A stretch of DNA of 64,000 nt from Auanema rhodensis (taxonomy: Eukaryota > Animalia > Nematoda): NCBI GenBank assembly GCA_964057225.1, contig OZ059895.1:1860001-1924000 (forward strand), written 5' to 3'. Shown one piece after another: positions 1 through 13,100 of the stretch; positions within the stretch are counted from its first letter, which is position 1; each line of letters starts with the position of its first letter. The notes below the pieces were generated by a model. That model was not told the DNA's origin and ran no database searches. It saw only the letters and a program-made list of their open reading frames with translations. Made by a program: the position numbers and the translations under genes.

Positions 1-88
1 AACATACACTAATGCATCATTTTTCAAACGATCATAACTAATTTTTGTATTAAGCGTTTCTCAATGTAGTATAGTGCATTCGATGCGG

Positions 89-139
89 ATTTTTAAGCTG
101 CGTCGATCTGTGTTATCAGATTTGCGCTAGCTTAAAAAT
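89..139. repeat. Long imperfect inverted repeat within the monomer (present in each copy, sometimes with variants)
   Basis: ATTTTTAAGCT (89-99) and AGCTTAAAAAT (129-139) form a perfect 11-bp inverted pair. It continues inward with GCG/CGC (100-102/125-127) and ATCTG/CAGAT (106-110/117-121) around a TGTTAT loop. Confidence 0.9.
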
Positions 140-156
140 GCACCGAGATATCAACT

Positions 157-178
157 GATATAAGTTCACACTTATATC
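157..178. repeat. Perfect 9-bp stem, 4-nt loop inverted repeat within the monomer
   Basis: GATATAAGT-TCAC-ACTTATATC. It overlaps a second dyad, ATATCA-AC-TGATAT (148-161). Confidence 0.92.
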
Positions 179-280
179 CTCGATTTTCACCCTGAAGAAT
201 TAATTTTTTCGTTGAATAACATCGTCCATCGTCTTTGCCTTGAAAAATGGAATCTAAAAACATCTACTTTTTGCTAAATT

Positions 281-315
281 ATTTTGAAATTTTTCGAAAA
301 AATTTTTGTCAAAAT
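281..315. repeat. A/T-rich palindrome within the monomer
   Basis: Perfect TTTTTCGAAAAA (290-301), flanked by ATTTTGA (281-287) and TCAAAAT (309-315). AAAAACAT (256-263) and ATGTTTTT (314-321) form a further outer pair. Confidence 0.8.
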
Positions 316-328
316 GTTTTTGGAAGCA

Positions 329-356
329 ATGTTGAGTGTACATGGAAACTCAACAT
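329..356. repeat. 28-bp imperfect palindrome within the monomer (spans the arbitrary monomer junction)
   Basis: ATGTTGAGTGTACA|TGGAAACTCAACAT: 12 of 14 positions pair, including a perfect outer 9 bp (ATGTTGAGT/ACTCAACAT). Confidence 0.9.
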
Positions 357-3300
357 ACACTAATGCATCATTTTTCAAACGATCATAACTAATTTTTGTA
401 TTAAGCGTTTCTCAATGTAGTATAGTGCATTCGATGCGGATTTTTAAGCTGCGTCGATCTGTGTTATCAGATTTGCGCTAGCTTAAAAATGCACCGAGAT
501 ATCAACTGATATAAGTTGACACTTATATCCTCGATTTTCACCCTGAAGAATTAATTTTTTCGTTGAATAACATTGTCCATCGTCTTTGCCTTGAAAAAAG
601 GAATCTAAAAACATCTACTTTTTGCTAAATTATTTTGAAATTTTTCGAAAAAATTTTTGTCAAAATGTTTTTGGAAGCAATGTTGAGTGTACATGGAAAC
701 TCAACATACACTAATGCATCATTTTTCAAACGATCATAACTAATTTTTGTATTAAGCGTTTTTCAATGTAGTATAGTGCATTCGATGCGGATTTTTAAGC
801 TGCGTCGATCTGTGTTATCAGATTTGCGCTAGCTTAACAATGCACCGAGATATCAACTGATATAAGTTCACACTTATATCCTCGATTTTCACCCTGAAGA
901 ATTAATTTTTTCGTTGAATAACATCGTCCATCGTCTTTGCCTTGAAAAATGGAATCTAAAAACATCTACTTTTTGCTAAATTATTTTGAAATTTTTCGAA
1001 AAAATTTTTGTCAAAATGTTTTTGGAAGCAATGTTGAGTGTACATGGAAACGCAACATACACTAATGCATCATTTTTCAAACGATTATAACTAATTTTTG
1101 TATTAAGCTTTTCTCAATGTAGTATAGTGCATTCGATGCGGATTTTTAAGCTGCGTCGATCTGTGTTATCAGATTTGCGCTAGCTTAAAAATGCACCGAG
1201 ATATCAACTGATATAAGTTCACACTTATATCCTCGATTTTCACCCTGAAGAATTAATTTTTTCGTTGAATAACATTGTCCATCGTCTTTGCCTTGAAAAA
1301 TGGAATCTAAAAACATCTACTTTTTGCTAAATTATTTTGAAATTTTTCGAAAAAATTTTTGTCAAAATGTTTTTGGAAGCAATGTTGAGTGTACATGGAA
1401 ACTCAACATACACTAATGCATCATTTTTCAAACGATCATAACTAATTTTTGTATTAAGCTTTTCTCAATGTAGTATAGTGCATTCGATGCGGATTTTTAA
1501 GCTGCGTCGATCTGTGTTATCAGATTTGCGCTAGCTTAAAAATGCACCGAGATATCAACTGATATAAGTTCACACTTATATCCTCGATTTTCACCCTGAA
1601 GAATTAATTTTTTCGTTGAATAACATCGTCCATCGTCTTTGCCTTGAAAAATGGAATATAAAAACATCTACTTTTTGCTAAATTATTTTGAAATTTTTCG
1701 AAAAAATTTTTGTCAAAATGTTTTTGGAAGCAATGTTGAGTGTACATGGAAACTCAACATACACTAATGCATCATTTTTCAAACGATCATAACTAATTTT
1801 TGTATTAAGCTTTTCTCAATGTAGTATAGTGCATTCGATGCGGATTTTTAAGCTGCGTCGATCTGTGTTATCAGATTTGCGCTAGCTTAAAAATGCACCG
1901 AGATATCAACTGATATAAGTTCACACTTATATCCTCGATTTTCACCCTGAAGAATTAATTTTTTCGTTGAATAACATCGTCCATCGTCTTTGCCTTGAAA
2001 AATGGAATCTAAAAACATCTACTTTTTGCTAAATTATTTTGAAATTTTTCGAAAAAATTTTTGTCAAAATGTTTTTGGAAGCAATGTTGAGTGTACATGG
2101 AAACTCAACATACACTAATGCATCATTTTTCAAACGATCATAACTAATTTTTGTATTAAGCTTTTCTCAATGTAGTATAGTGCATTCGATGCGGATTTTT
2201 AAGCTGCGTCGATCTGTGTTATCAGATTTGCGCTAGCTTAAAAATGCACCGAGATATCAACTGATATAAGTTCACACTTATATCCTCGATTTTCACCCTG
2301 AAGAATTAATTTTTTCGTTGAATAACATTGTCCATCGTCTTTGCCTTGAAAAAAGGAATCTAAAAACATCTACTTTTTGCTAAATTATTTTGAAATTTTT
2401 CGAAAAAATTTTTGTCAAAATGTTTTTGGAAGCAATGTTGAGTGTACATGGAAACTCAACATACACTAATGCATCATTTTTCAAACGATCATAACTAATT
2501 TTTGTATTAAGCGTTTTTCAATGTAGTATAGTGCATTCGATGCGGATTTTTAAGCTGCGTCGATCTGTGTTATCAGATTTGCGCTAGCTTAACAATGCAC
2601 CGAGATATCAACTGATATAAGTTCACACTTATATCCTCGATTTTCACCCTGAAGAATTAATTTTTTCGTTGAATAACATCGTCCATCGTCTTTGCCTTGA
2701 AAAATGGAATCTAAAAACATCTACTTTTTGCTAAATTATTTTGAAATTTTTCGAAAAAATTTTTGTCAAAATGTTTTTGGAAGCAATGTTGAGTGTACAT
2801 GGAAACGCAACATACACTAATGCATCATTTTTCAAACGATTATAACTAATTTTTGTATTAAGCTTTTCTCAATGTAGTATAGTGCATTCGATGCGGATTT
2901 TTAAGCTGCGTCGATCTGTGTTATCAGATTTGCGCTAGCTTAAAAATGCACCGAGATATCAACTGATATAAGTTCACACTTATATCCTCGATTTTCACCC
3001 TGAAGAATTAATTTTTTCGTTGAATAACATTGTCCATCGTCTTTGCCTTGAAAAATGGAATCTAAAAACATCTACTTTTTGCTAAATTATTTTGAAATTT
3101 TTCGAAAAAATTTTTGTCAAAATGTTTTTGGAAGCAATGTTGAGTGTACATGGAAACTCAACATACACTAATGCATCATTTTTCAAACGATCATAACTAA
3201 TTTTTGTATTAAGTTTTTCTCAATGTAGTATAGTGCATTCGATGCGGATTTTTAAGCTGCGTCGATCTGTGTTATCAGATTTGCGCTAGCTTAAAAATGC

Positions 3301-6300
3301 ACCGAGATATCAACTGATATAAGTTCACACTTATATCCTCGATTTTCACCCTGAAGAATTAATTTTTTCGTTGAATAACATCGTCCATCGTCTTTGCCTT
3401 GAAAAATGGAATCTAAAAACATCTACTTTTTGCTAAATTATCTTGAAATTTTTCGAAAAAATTTTTGTCAAAATGTTTTTGGAAGCAATGTTGAGTGTAC
3501 ATGGAAACTCAACATACACTAATGCATCATTTTTCAAACGATCATAACTAATTTTTGTATTAAGCGTTTCTCAATGTAGTATAGTGCATTCGATGCGGAT
3601 TTTTAAGCTGCGTCGATCTGTGTTATCAGATTTGCGCTAGCTTAAAAATGCACCGAGATATCAACTGATATAAGTTCACACTTATATCCTCGATTTTCAC
3701 CCTGAAGAATTAATTTTTTCGTTGAATAACATTGTCCATCGTCTTTGCCTTGAAAAATGGAATCTAAAAACATCTACTTTTTGCTAAATTATTTTGAAAT
3801 TTTTCGAAAAAATTTTTGTCAAAATGTTTTTGGAAGCAATGTTGAGTGTACATGGAAACTCAACATACACTAATGCATCATTTTTCAAACGATCATAACT
3901 AATTTTTGTATTAAGCGTTTCTCAATGTAGTATAGTGCATTCGATGCGGATTTTTAAGCTGCGTCGATCTGTGTTATCAGATTTGCGCTAGCTTAAAAAT
4001 GCACCGAGATATCAACTGATATAAGTTCACACTTATATCCTCGATTTTCACCCTGAAGAATTAATTTTTTCGTTGAATAACATCGTCCATCGTCTTTGCC
4101 TTGAAAAATGGAATCTAAAAACATCTACTTTTTGCTAAATTATTTTGAAATTTTTCGAAAAAATTTTTGTCAAAATGTTTTTGGAAGCAATGTTGAGTGT
4201 ACATGGAAACTCAACATACACTAATGCATCATTTTTCAAACGATCATAACTAATTTTTGTATTAAGCGTTTCTCAATGTAGTATAGTGCATTCGATGCGG
4301 ATTTTTAAGCTGCGTCGATCTGTGTTATCAGATTTGCGCTAGCTTAAAAATGCACCGAGATATCAACTGATATAAGTTCACACTTATATCCTCGATTTTC
4401 ACCCTGAAGAATTAATTTTTTCGTTGAATAACATTGTCCATCGTCTTTGCCTTGAAAAAAGGAATCTAAAAACATCTACTTTTTGCTAAATTATTTTGAA
4501 ATTTTTCGAAAAAATTTTTGTCAAAATGTTTTTGGAAGCAATGTTGAGTGTACATGGAAACTCAACATACACTAATGCATCATTTTTCAAACGATCATAA
4601 CTAATTTTTGTATTAAGCTTTTCTCAATGTAGTATAGTGCATTCGATGCGGATTTTTAAGCTGCGTCGATCTGTGTTATCAGATTTGCGCTAGCTTAAAA
4701 ATGCACCGAGATATCAACTGATATAAGTTCACACTTATATCCTCGATTTTCACCCTGAAGAATTAATTTTTTCGTTGAATAACATTGTCCATCGTCTTTG
4801 CCTTGAAAAATGGAATCTAAAAACATCTACTTTTTGCTAAATTATTTTGAAATTTTTCGAAAAAATTTTTGTCAAAATGTTTTTGGAAGCAATGTTGAGT
4901 GTACATGGAAACTCAACATACACTAATGCATCATTTTTCAAACGATCATAACTAATTTTTGTATTAAGCTTTTCTCAATGTAGTATAGTGCATTCGATGC
5001 GGATTTTTAAGCTGCGTCGATCTGTGTTATCAGATTTGCGCTAGCTTAAAAATGCACCGAGATATCAACTGATATAAGTTCACACTTATATCCTCGATTT
5101 TCACCCTGAAGAATTAATTTTTTCGTTGAATAACATCGTCCATCGTCTTTGCCTTGAAAAATGGAATCTAAAAACATCTACTTTTTGCTAAATTATTTTG
5201 AAATTTTTCGAAAAAATTTTTGTCAAAATGTTTTTGGAAGCAATGTTGAGTGTACATGGAAACTCAACATACACTAATGCATCATTTTTCAAACGATCAT
5301 AACTAATTTTTGTATTAAGCTTTTCTCAATGTAGTATAGTGCATTCGATGCGGATTTTTAAGCTGCGTCGATCTGTGTTATCAGATTTGCGCTAGCTTAA
5401 AAATGCACCGAGATATCAACTGATATAAGTTTACACTTATATCCTCGATTTTCACCCTGAAGAATTAATTTTTTCGTTGAATAACATCGTCCATCGTCTT
5501 TGCCTTGAAAAATGGAATCTAAAAACATCTACTTTTTGCTAAATTATTTTGAAATTTTTCGAAAAAATTTTTGTCAAAATGTTTTTGGAAGCAATGTTGA
5601 GTGTACGTGGAAACTCAACATACACTAATGCATCATTTTTCAAACGATCATAACTAATTTTTGTATTAAGCGTTTCTCAATGTAGTATAGTGCATTCGAT
5701 GCGGATTTTTAAGCTGCGTCGATCTGTGTTATCAGATTTGCGCTAGCTTAAAAATGCACCGAGATATCAACTGATATAAGTTCACACTTATATCCTCGAT
5801 TTTCACCCTGAAGAATTAATTTTTTCGTTGAATAACATTGTCCATCGTCTTTGCCTTGAAAAATGGAATCTAAAAACATCTACTTTTTGCTAAATTATCT
5901 TGAAATTTTTCGAAAAAATTTTTGTCAAAATGTTTTTGGAAGCAATGTTGAGTGTACATGGAAACTCAACATACACTAATGCATCATTTTTCAAACGATC
6001 ATAACTAATTTTTGTATTAAGCGTTTCTCAATGTAGTATAGTGCATTCGATGCGGATTTTTAAGCTGCGTCGATCTGTGTTATCAGATTTGCGCTAGCTT
6101 AAAAATGCACCGAGATATCAACTGATATAAGTTCACACTTATATCCTCGATTTTCACCCTGAAGAATTAATTTTTTCGTTGAATAACATCGTCCATCGTC
6201 TTTGCCTTGAAAAATGGAATCTAAAAACATCTACTTTTTGCTAAATTATTTTGAAATTTTTCGAAAAAATTTTTGTCAAAATGTTTTTGGAAGCAATGTT

Positions 6301-9300
6301 GAGTGTACATGGAAACTCAACATACACTAATGCATCATTTTTCAAACGATCATAACTAATTTTTGTATTAAGCGTTTCTCAATGTAGTATAGTGCATTCG
6401 ATGCGGATTTTTAAGCTGCGTCGATCTGTGTTATCAGATTTGCGCTAGCTTAAAAATGCACCGAGATATCAACTGATATAAGTTCACACTTATATCCTCG
6501 ATTTTCACCCTGAAGAATTAATTTTTTCGTTGAATAACATTGTCCATCGTCTTTGCCTTGAAAAAAGGAATCTAAAAACATCTACTTTTTGCTAAATTAT
6601 TTTGAAATTTTTCGAAAAAATTTTTGTCAAAATGTTTTTGGAAGCAATGTTGAGTGTACGTGGAAACTCAACATACACTAATGCATCATTTTTCAAACGA
6701 TCATAACTAATTTTTGTATTAAGCTTTTCTCAATGTAGTATAGTGCATTCGATGCGGATTTTTAAGCTGCGTCGATCTGTGTTATCAGATTTGCGCTAGC
6801 TTAAAAATGCACCGAGATATCAACTGATATAAGTTAACACTTATATCCTCGATTTTCACCCTGAAGAATTAATTTTTTCGTTGAATAACATTGTCCATCG
6901 TCTTTGCCTTGAAAAAAGGAATCTAAAAACATCTACTTTTTGCTAAATTATTTTGAAATTTTTCGAAAAAATTTTTGTCAAAATGTTTTTGGAAGCAATG
7001 TTGAGTGTACATGGAAACTCAACATACACTAATGCATCATTTTTCAAACGATCATAACTAATTTTTGTATTAAGCGTTTCTCAATGTAGTATAGTGCATT
7101 CGATGCGGATTTTTAAGCTGCGTCGATCTGTGTTATCAGATTTGCGCTAGCTTAAAAATGCACCGAGATATCAACTGATATAAGTTCACACTTATATCCT
7201 CGATTTTCACCCTGAAGAATTAATTTTTTCGTTGAATAACATCGTCCATCGTCTTTGCCTTGAAAAATGGAATCTAAAAACATCAACTTTTTGCTAAATT
7301 ATTTTGAAATTTTTCGAAAAAATTTTTGTCAAAATGTTTTTGGAAGCAATGTTGAGTGTACATGGAAACTCAACATACACTAATGCATCATTTTTCAAAC
7401 GATCATAACTAATTTTTGTATTAAGCGTTTCTCAATGTAGTATAGTGCATTCGATGCGGATTTTTAAGCTGCGTCGATCTGTGTTATCAGATTTGCGCTA
7501 GCTTAAAAATGCACCGAGATATCAACTGATATAAGTTCACACTTATATCCTCGATTTTCACCCTGAAGAATTAATTTTTTCGTTGAATAACATTGTACAT
7601 CGTCTTTGCCTTGAAAAATGGAATCTAAAAACATCTACTTTTTGCTAAATTATTTTGAAATTTTTCGAAAAAATTTTTGTCAAAATGTTTTTGGAAGCAA
7701 TGTTGAGTGTACATGGAAACTCAACATACACTAATGCATCATTTTTCAAACGATCATAACTAATTTTTGTATTAAGCGTTTCTCAATGTAGTATAGTGCA
7801 TTCGATGCGGATTTTTAAGCTGCGTCGATCTGTGTTATCAGATTTGCGCTAGCTTAAAAATGCACCGAGATATCAACTGATATAAGTTCACACTTATATC
7901 CTCGATTTTCACCCTGAAGAATTAATTTTTTCGTTGAATAACATCGTCCATCGTCTTTGCCTTGAAAAATGGAATCTAAAAACATCAACTTTTTGCTAAA
8001 TTATTTTGAAATTTTTCGAAAAAATTTTTGTCAAAATGTTTTTGGAAGCAATGTTGAGTGTACATGGAAACTCAACATACACTAATGCATCATTTTTCAA
8101 ACGATCATAACTAATTTTTGTATTAAGCGTTTCTCAATGTAGTATAGTGCATTCGATGCGGATTTTTAAGCTGCGTCGATCTGTGTTATCAGATTTGCGC
8201 TAGCTTAAAAATGCACCGAGATATCAACTGATATAAGTTCACACTTATATCCTCGATTTTCACCCTGAAGAATTAATTTTTTCGTTGAATAACATTGTCC
8301 ATCGTCTTTGCCTTGAAAAATGGAATCTAAAAACATCTACTTTTTGCTAAATTATTTTGAAATTTTTCGAAAAAATTTTTGTCAAAATGTTTTTGGAAGC
8401 AATGTTGAGTGTACATGGAAACTCAACATACACTAATGCATCATTTTTCAAACGATCATAACTAATTTTTGTATTAAGCGTTTCTCAATGTAGTATAGTG
8501 CATTCGATGCGGATTTTTAAGCTGCGTCGATCTGTGTTATCAGATTTGCGCTAGCTTAAAAACGCACCGAGATATCAACTGATATAAGTTCACACTTATA
8601 TCCTCGATTTTCACCCTGAAGAATTAATTTTTTCGTTGAATAACATCGTCCATTGTCTTTGCCTTGAAAAATGGAATCTAAAAACATCTACTTTTTGCTA
8701 AATTATTTTGAAATTTTTCGAAAAAATTTTTGTCAAAATGTTTTTGGAAGCAATGTTGAGTGTACATGGAAACTCAACATACACTAATGCATCATTTTTC
8801 AAACGATCATAACTAATTTTTGTATTAAGCGTTTCTCAATGTAGTATAGTGCATTCGATGCGGATTTTTAAGCTGCGTCGATCTGTGTTATCAGATTTGC
8901 GCTAGCTTAAAAATGCACCGAGATATCAACTGATATAAGTTCACACTTATATCCTCGATTTTCACCCTGAAGAATTAATTTTTTCGTTGAATAACATTGT
9001 CCATCGTCTTTGCCTTGAAAAAAGGAATCTAAAAACATCTACTTTTTGCTAAATTATTTTGAAATTTTTCGAAAAAATTTTTGTCAAAATGTTTTTGGAA
9101 GCAATGTTGAGTGTACATGGAAACTCAACATACACTAATGCATCATTTTTCAAACGATCATAACTAATTTTTGTATTAAGCGTTTTTCAATGTAGTATAG
9201 TGCATTCGATGCGGATTTTTAAGCTGCGTCGATCTGTGTTATCAGATTTGCGCTAGCTTAACAATGCACCGAGATATCAACTGATATAAGTTCACACTTA

Positions 9301-10179
9301 TATCCTCGATTTTCACCCTGAAGAATTAATTTTTTCGTTGAATAACATTGTCCATCGTCTTTGCCTTGAAAAATGGAATCTAAAAACATCTACTTTTTGC
9401 TAAATTATTTTGAAATTTTTCGAAAAAATTTTTGTCAAAATGTTTTTGGAAGCAATGTTGAGTGTACATGGAAACTCAACATACACTAATGCATCATTTT
9501 TCAAACGATTATAACTAATTTTTGTATTAAGCTTTTCTCAATGTAGTAAAGTGCATTCGATGCGGATTTTTAAGCTGCGTCGATCTGTGTTATCAGATTT
9601 GCGCTAGCTTAAAAATGCACCGAGATATCAACTGATATAAGTTCACACTTATATCCTCGATTTTCACCCTGAAGAATTAATTTTTTCGTTGAATAACATT
9701 GTCCATCGTCTTTGCCTTGAAAAATGGAATCTAAAAACATCTACTTTTTGCTAAATTATTTTGAAATTTTTCGAAAAAATTTTTGTCAAAATGTTTTTGG
9801 AAGCAATGTTGAGTGTACATGGAAACTCAACATACACTAATGCATCATTTTTCAAACGATCATAACTAATTTTTGTATTAAGCTTTTCTCAATGTAGTAA
9901 AGTGCATTCGATGCGGATTTTTAAGCTGCGTCGATCTGTGTTATCAGATTTGCGCTAGCTTAAAAATGCACCGAGATATCAACTGATATAAGTTTACACT
10001 TATATCCTCGATTTTCACCCTGAAGAATTAATTTTTTCGTTGAATAACATCGTCCATCGTCTTTGCCTTGAAAAATGGAATCTAAAAACATCTACTTTTT
10101 GCTAAATTATTTTGAAATTTTTCGAAAAAATTTTTGTCAAAATGTTTTTGGAAGCAATGTTGAGTGTACGTGGAAACTC

Positions 10180-13100
10180 AACATACACTAATGCATCATT
10201 TTTCAAACGATCATAACTAATTTTTGTATTAAGCTTTTCTTAATGTAGTATAGTGCATTCGATGCGGATTTTTAAGCTGCGTCGATCTGTGTTATCAGAT
10301 TTGCGCTAGCTTAAAAATGCACCGAGATATCAACTGATATAAGTTCACACTTATATCCTCGATTTTCACCCTGAAGAATTAATTTTTTCGTTGAATAACA
10401 TCGTCCATCGTCTTTGCCTTGAAAAATGGAATCTAAAAACATCTACTTTTTGCTAAATTATTTTGAAATTTTTCGAAAAAATTTTTGTCAAAATGTTTTT
10501 GGAAGCAATGTTGAGTGTACATGGAAACTCAACATACACTAATGCATCATTTTTCAAACGATCATAACTAATTTTTGTATTAAGCTTTTCTCAATGTAGT
10601 ATAGTGCATTCGATGCGGATTTTTAAGCTGCGTCGATCTGTGTTATCAGATTTGCGCTAGCTTAAAAATGCACCGAGATATCAACTGATATAAGTTTACA
10701 CTTATATCCTCGATTTTCACCCTGAAGAATTAATTTTTTCGTTGAATAACATCGTCCATCGTCTTTGCCTTGAAAAATGGAATCTAAAAACATCTACTTT
10801 TTGCTAAATTATTTTGAAATTTTTCGAAAAAATTTTTGTCAAAATGTTTTTGGAAGCAATGTTGAGTGTACGTGGAAACTCAACATACACTAATGCATCA
10901 TTTTTCAAACGATCATAACTAATTTTTGTATTAAGCTTTTCTCAATGTAGTATAGTGCATTCGATGCGGATTTTTAAGCTGCGTCGATCTGTGTTATCAG
11001 ATTTGCGCTAGCTTAAAAATGCACCGAGATATCAACTGATATAAGTTCACACTTATATCCTCGATTTTCACCCTGAAGAATTAATTTTTTCGTTGAACAA
11101 CATTGTCCATCGTCTTTGCCTTGAAAAAAGGAATCTAAAAACATCTACTTTTTGCTAAATTATTTTAGAAATTTTTCGAAAAAATTTTTGTCAAAATGTT
11201 TTTGGAAGCAATGTTGAGTGTACATGGAAACTCAACATACACTAATGCATCATTTTTCAAACGATCATAACTAATTTTTGTATTAAGCGTTTCTCAATGT
11301 AGTATAGTGCATTCGATGCGGATTTTTAAGCTGCGTCGATCTGTGTTATCAGATTTGCGCTAGCTTAAAAATGCACCGAGATATCAACTGATATAAGTTC
11401 ACACTTATATCCTCGATTTTCACCCTGAAGAATTAATTTTTTCGTTGAATAACATTGTCCATCGTCTTTGCCTTGAAAAATGGAATCTAAAAACATCTAC
11501 TTTTTGCTAAATTATTTTGAAATTTTTCGAAAAAATTTTTGTCAAAATGTTTTTGGAAGCAATGTTGAGTGTACATGGAAACTCAACATACACTAATGCA
11601 TCATTTTTCAAACGATCATAACTAATTTTTGTATTAAGCGTTTCTCAATGTAGTATAGTGCATTCGATGCGGATTTTTAAGCTGCGTCGATCTGTGTTAT
11701 CAGATTTGCGCTAGCTTAACAATGCACCGAGATATCAACTGATATAAGATCACACTTATATCCTCGATTTTCACCCTGAAGAATTAATTTTTTCGTTGAA
11801 TAACATTGTCCATCGTCTTTGCCTTGAAAAATGGAATCTAAAAACATCTACTTTTTGCTAAATTATTTTGAAATTTTTCGAAAAAATTTTTGTCAAAATG
11901 TTTTTGGAAGCAATGTTGAGTGTACATGGAAACTCAACATACACTAATGCATCATTTTTCAAACGATCATAACTAATTTTTGTATTAAGCTTTTCTCAAT
12001 GTAGTATAGTGCATTCGATGCGGATTTTTAAGCTGCGTCGATCTGTGTTATCAGATTTGCGCTAGCTTAACAATGCACCGAGATATCAACTGATATAAGA
12101 TCACACTTATATCCTCGATTTTCACCCTGAAGAATTAATTTTTTCGTTGAATAACATTGTCCATCGTCTTTGCCTTGAAAAATGGAATCTAAAAACATCT
12201 ACTTTTTGCTAAATTATTTTGAAATTTTTCGAAAAAATTTTTGTCAAAATGTTTTTGGAAGCAATGTTGAGTGTACGTGGAAACTCAACATACACTAATG
12301 CATCATTTTTCAAACGATCATAACTAATTTTTGTATTAAGCTTTTCTTAATGTAGTATAGTGCATTCGATGCGGATTTTTAAGCTGCGTCGATCTGTGTT
12401 ATCAGATTTGCGCTAGCTTAAAAATGCACCGAGATATCAACTGATATAAGTTCACACTTATATCCTCGATTTTCACCCTGAAGAATTAATTTTTTCGTTG
12501 AATAACATCGTCCATCGTCTTTGCCTTGAAAAATGGAATCTAAAAACATCTACTTTTTGCTAAATTATTTTGAAATTTTTCGAAAAAATTTTTGTCAAAA
12601 TGTTTTTGGAAGCAATGTTGAGTGTACATGGAAACTCAACATACACTAATGCATCATTTTTCAAACGATCATAACTAATTTTTGTATTAAGCTTTTCTCA
12701 ATGTAGTATAGTGCATTCGATGCGGATTTTTAAGCTGCGTCGATCTGTGTTATCAGATTTGCGCTAGCTTAAAAATGCACCGAGATATCAACTGATATAA
12801 GTTTACACTTATATCCTCGATTTTCACCCTGAAGAATTAATTTTTTCGTTGAATAACATCGTCCATCGTCTTTGCCTTGAAAAATGGAATCTAAAAACAT
12901 CTACTTTTTGCTAAATTATTTTGAAATTTTTCGAAAAAATTTTTGTCAAAATGTTTTTGGAAGCAATGTTGAGTGTACGTGGAAACTCAACATACACTAA
13001 TGCATCATTTTTCAAACGATCATAACTAATTTTTGTATTAAGCTTTTCTCAATGTAGTATAGTGCATTCGATGCGGATTTTTAAGCTGCGTCGATCTGTG

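Larger units (their letters stand above)
1..351. repeat. Reference monomer M1 (phase arbitrary)
   Basis: Contains NsiI ATGCAT (12-17), NheI GCTAGC (126-131), EcoRV GATATC (147-152), BstBI TTCGAA (293-298) and BsrGI TGTACA (337-342). The common G56T variant creates HindIII AAGCTT at 52-57. Confidence 0.98.

Noticed and set aside
89-139. Purifying selection or compensatory changes in the long stem
   Set aside because: Stem-breaking alleles are common (A136C, G130A, G97C, A134G, T-run indels), and I saw no compensatory pairs.
21-208. Ancient sub-repeat (TTTTCA...TAATTTTT at 21-46 and 184-208, offset ~162)
   Set aside because: The similarity is limited to short T-rich words expected by chance in 68% AT sequence, and it does not extend across half-monomers.
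1-351. 5S rRNA, tRNA, snRNA or spliced-leader tandem gene unit
   Set aside because: I could not recognise a 5S sequence, cloverleaf, Pol III A/B box or SL leader. An Rfam/Infernal search would be decisive.
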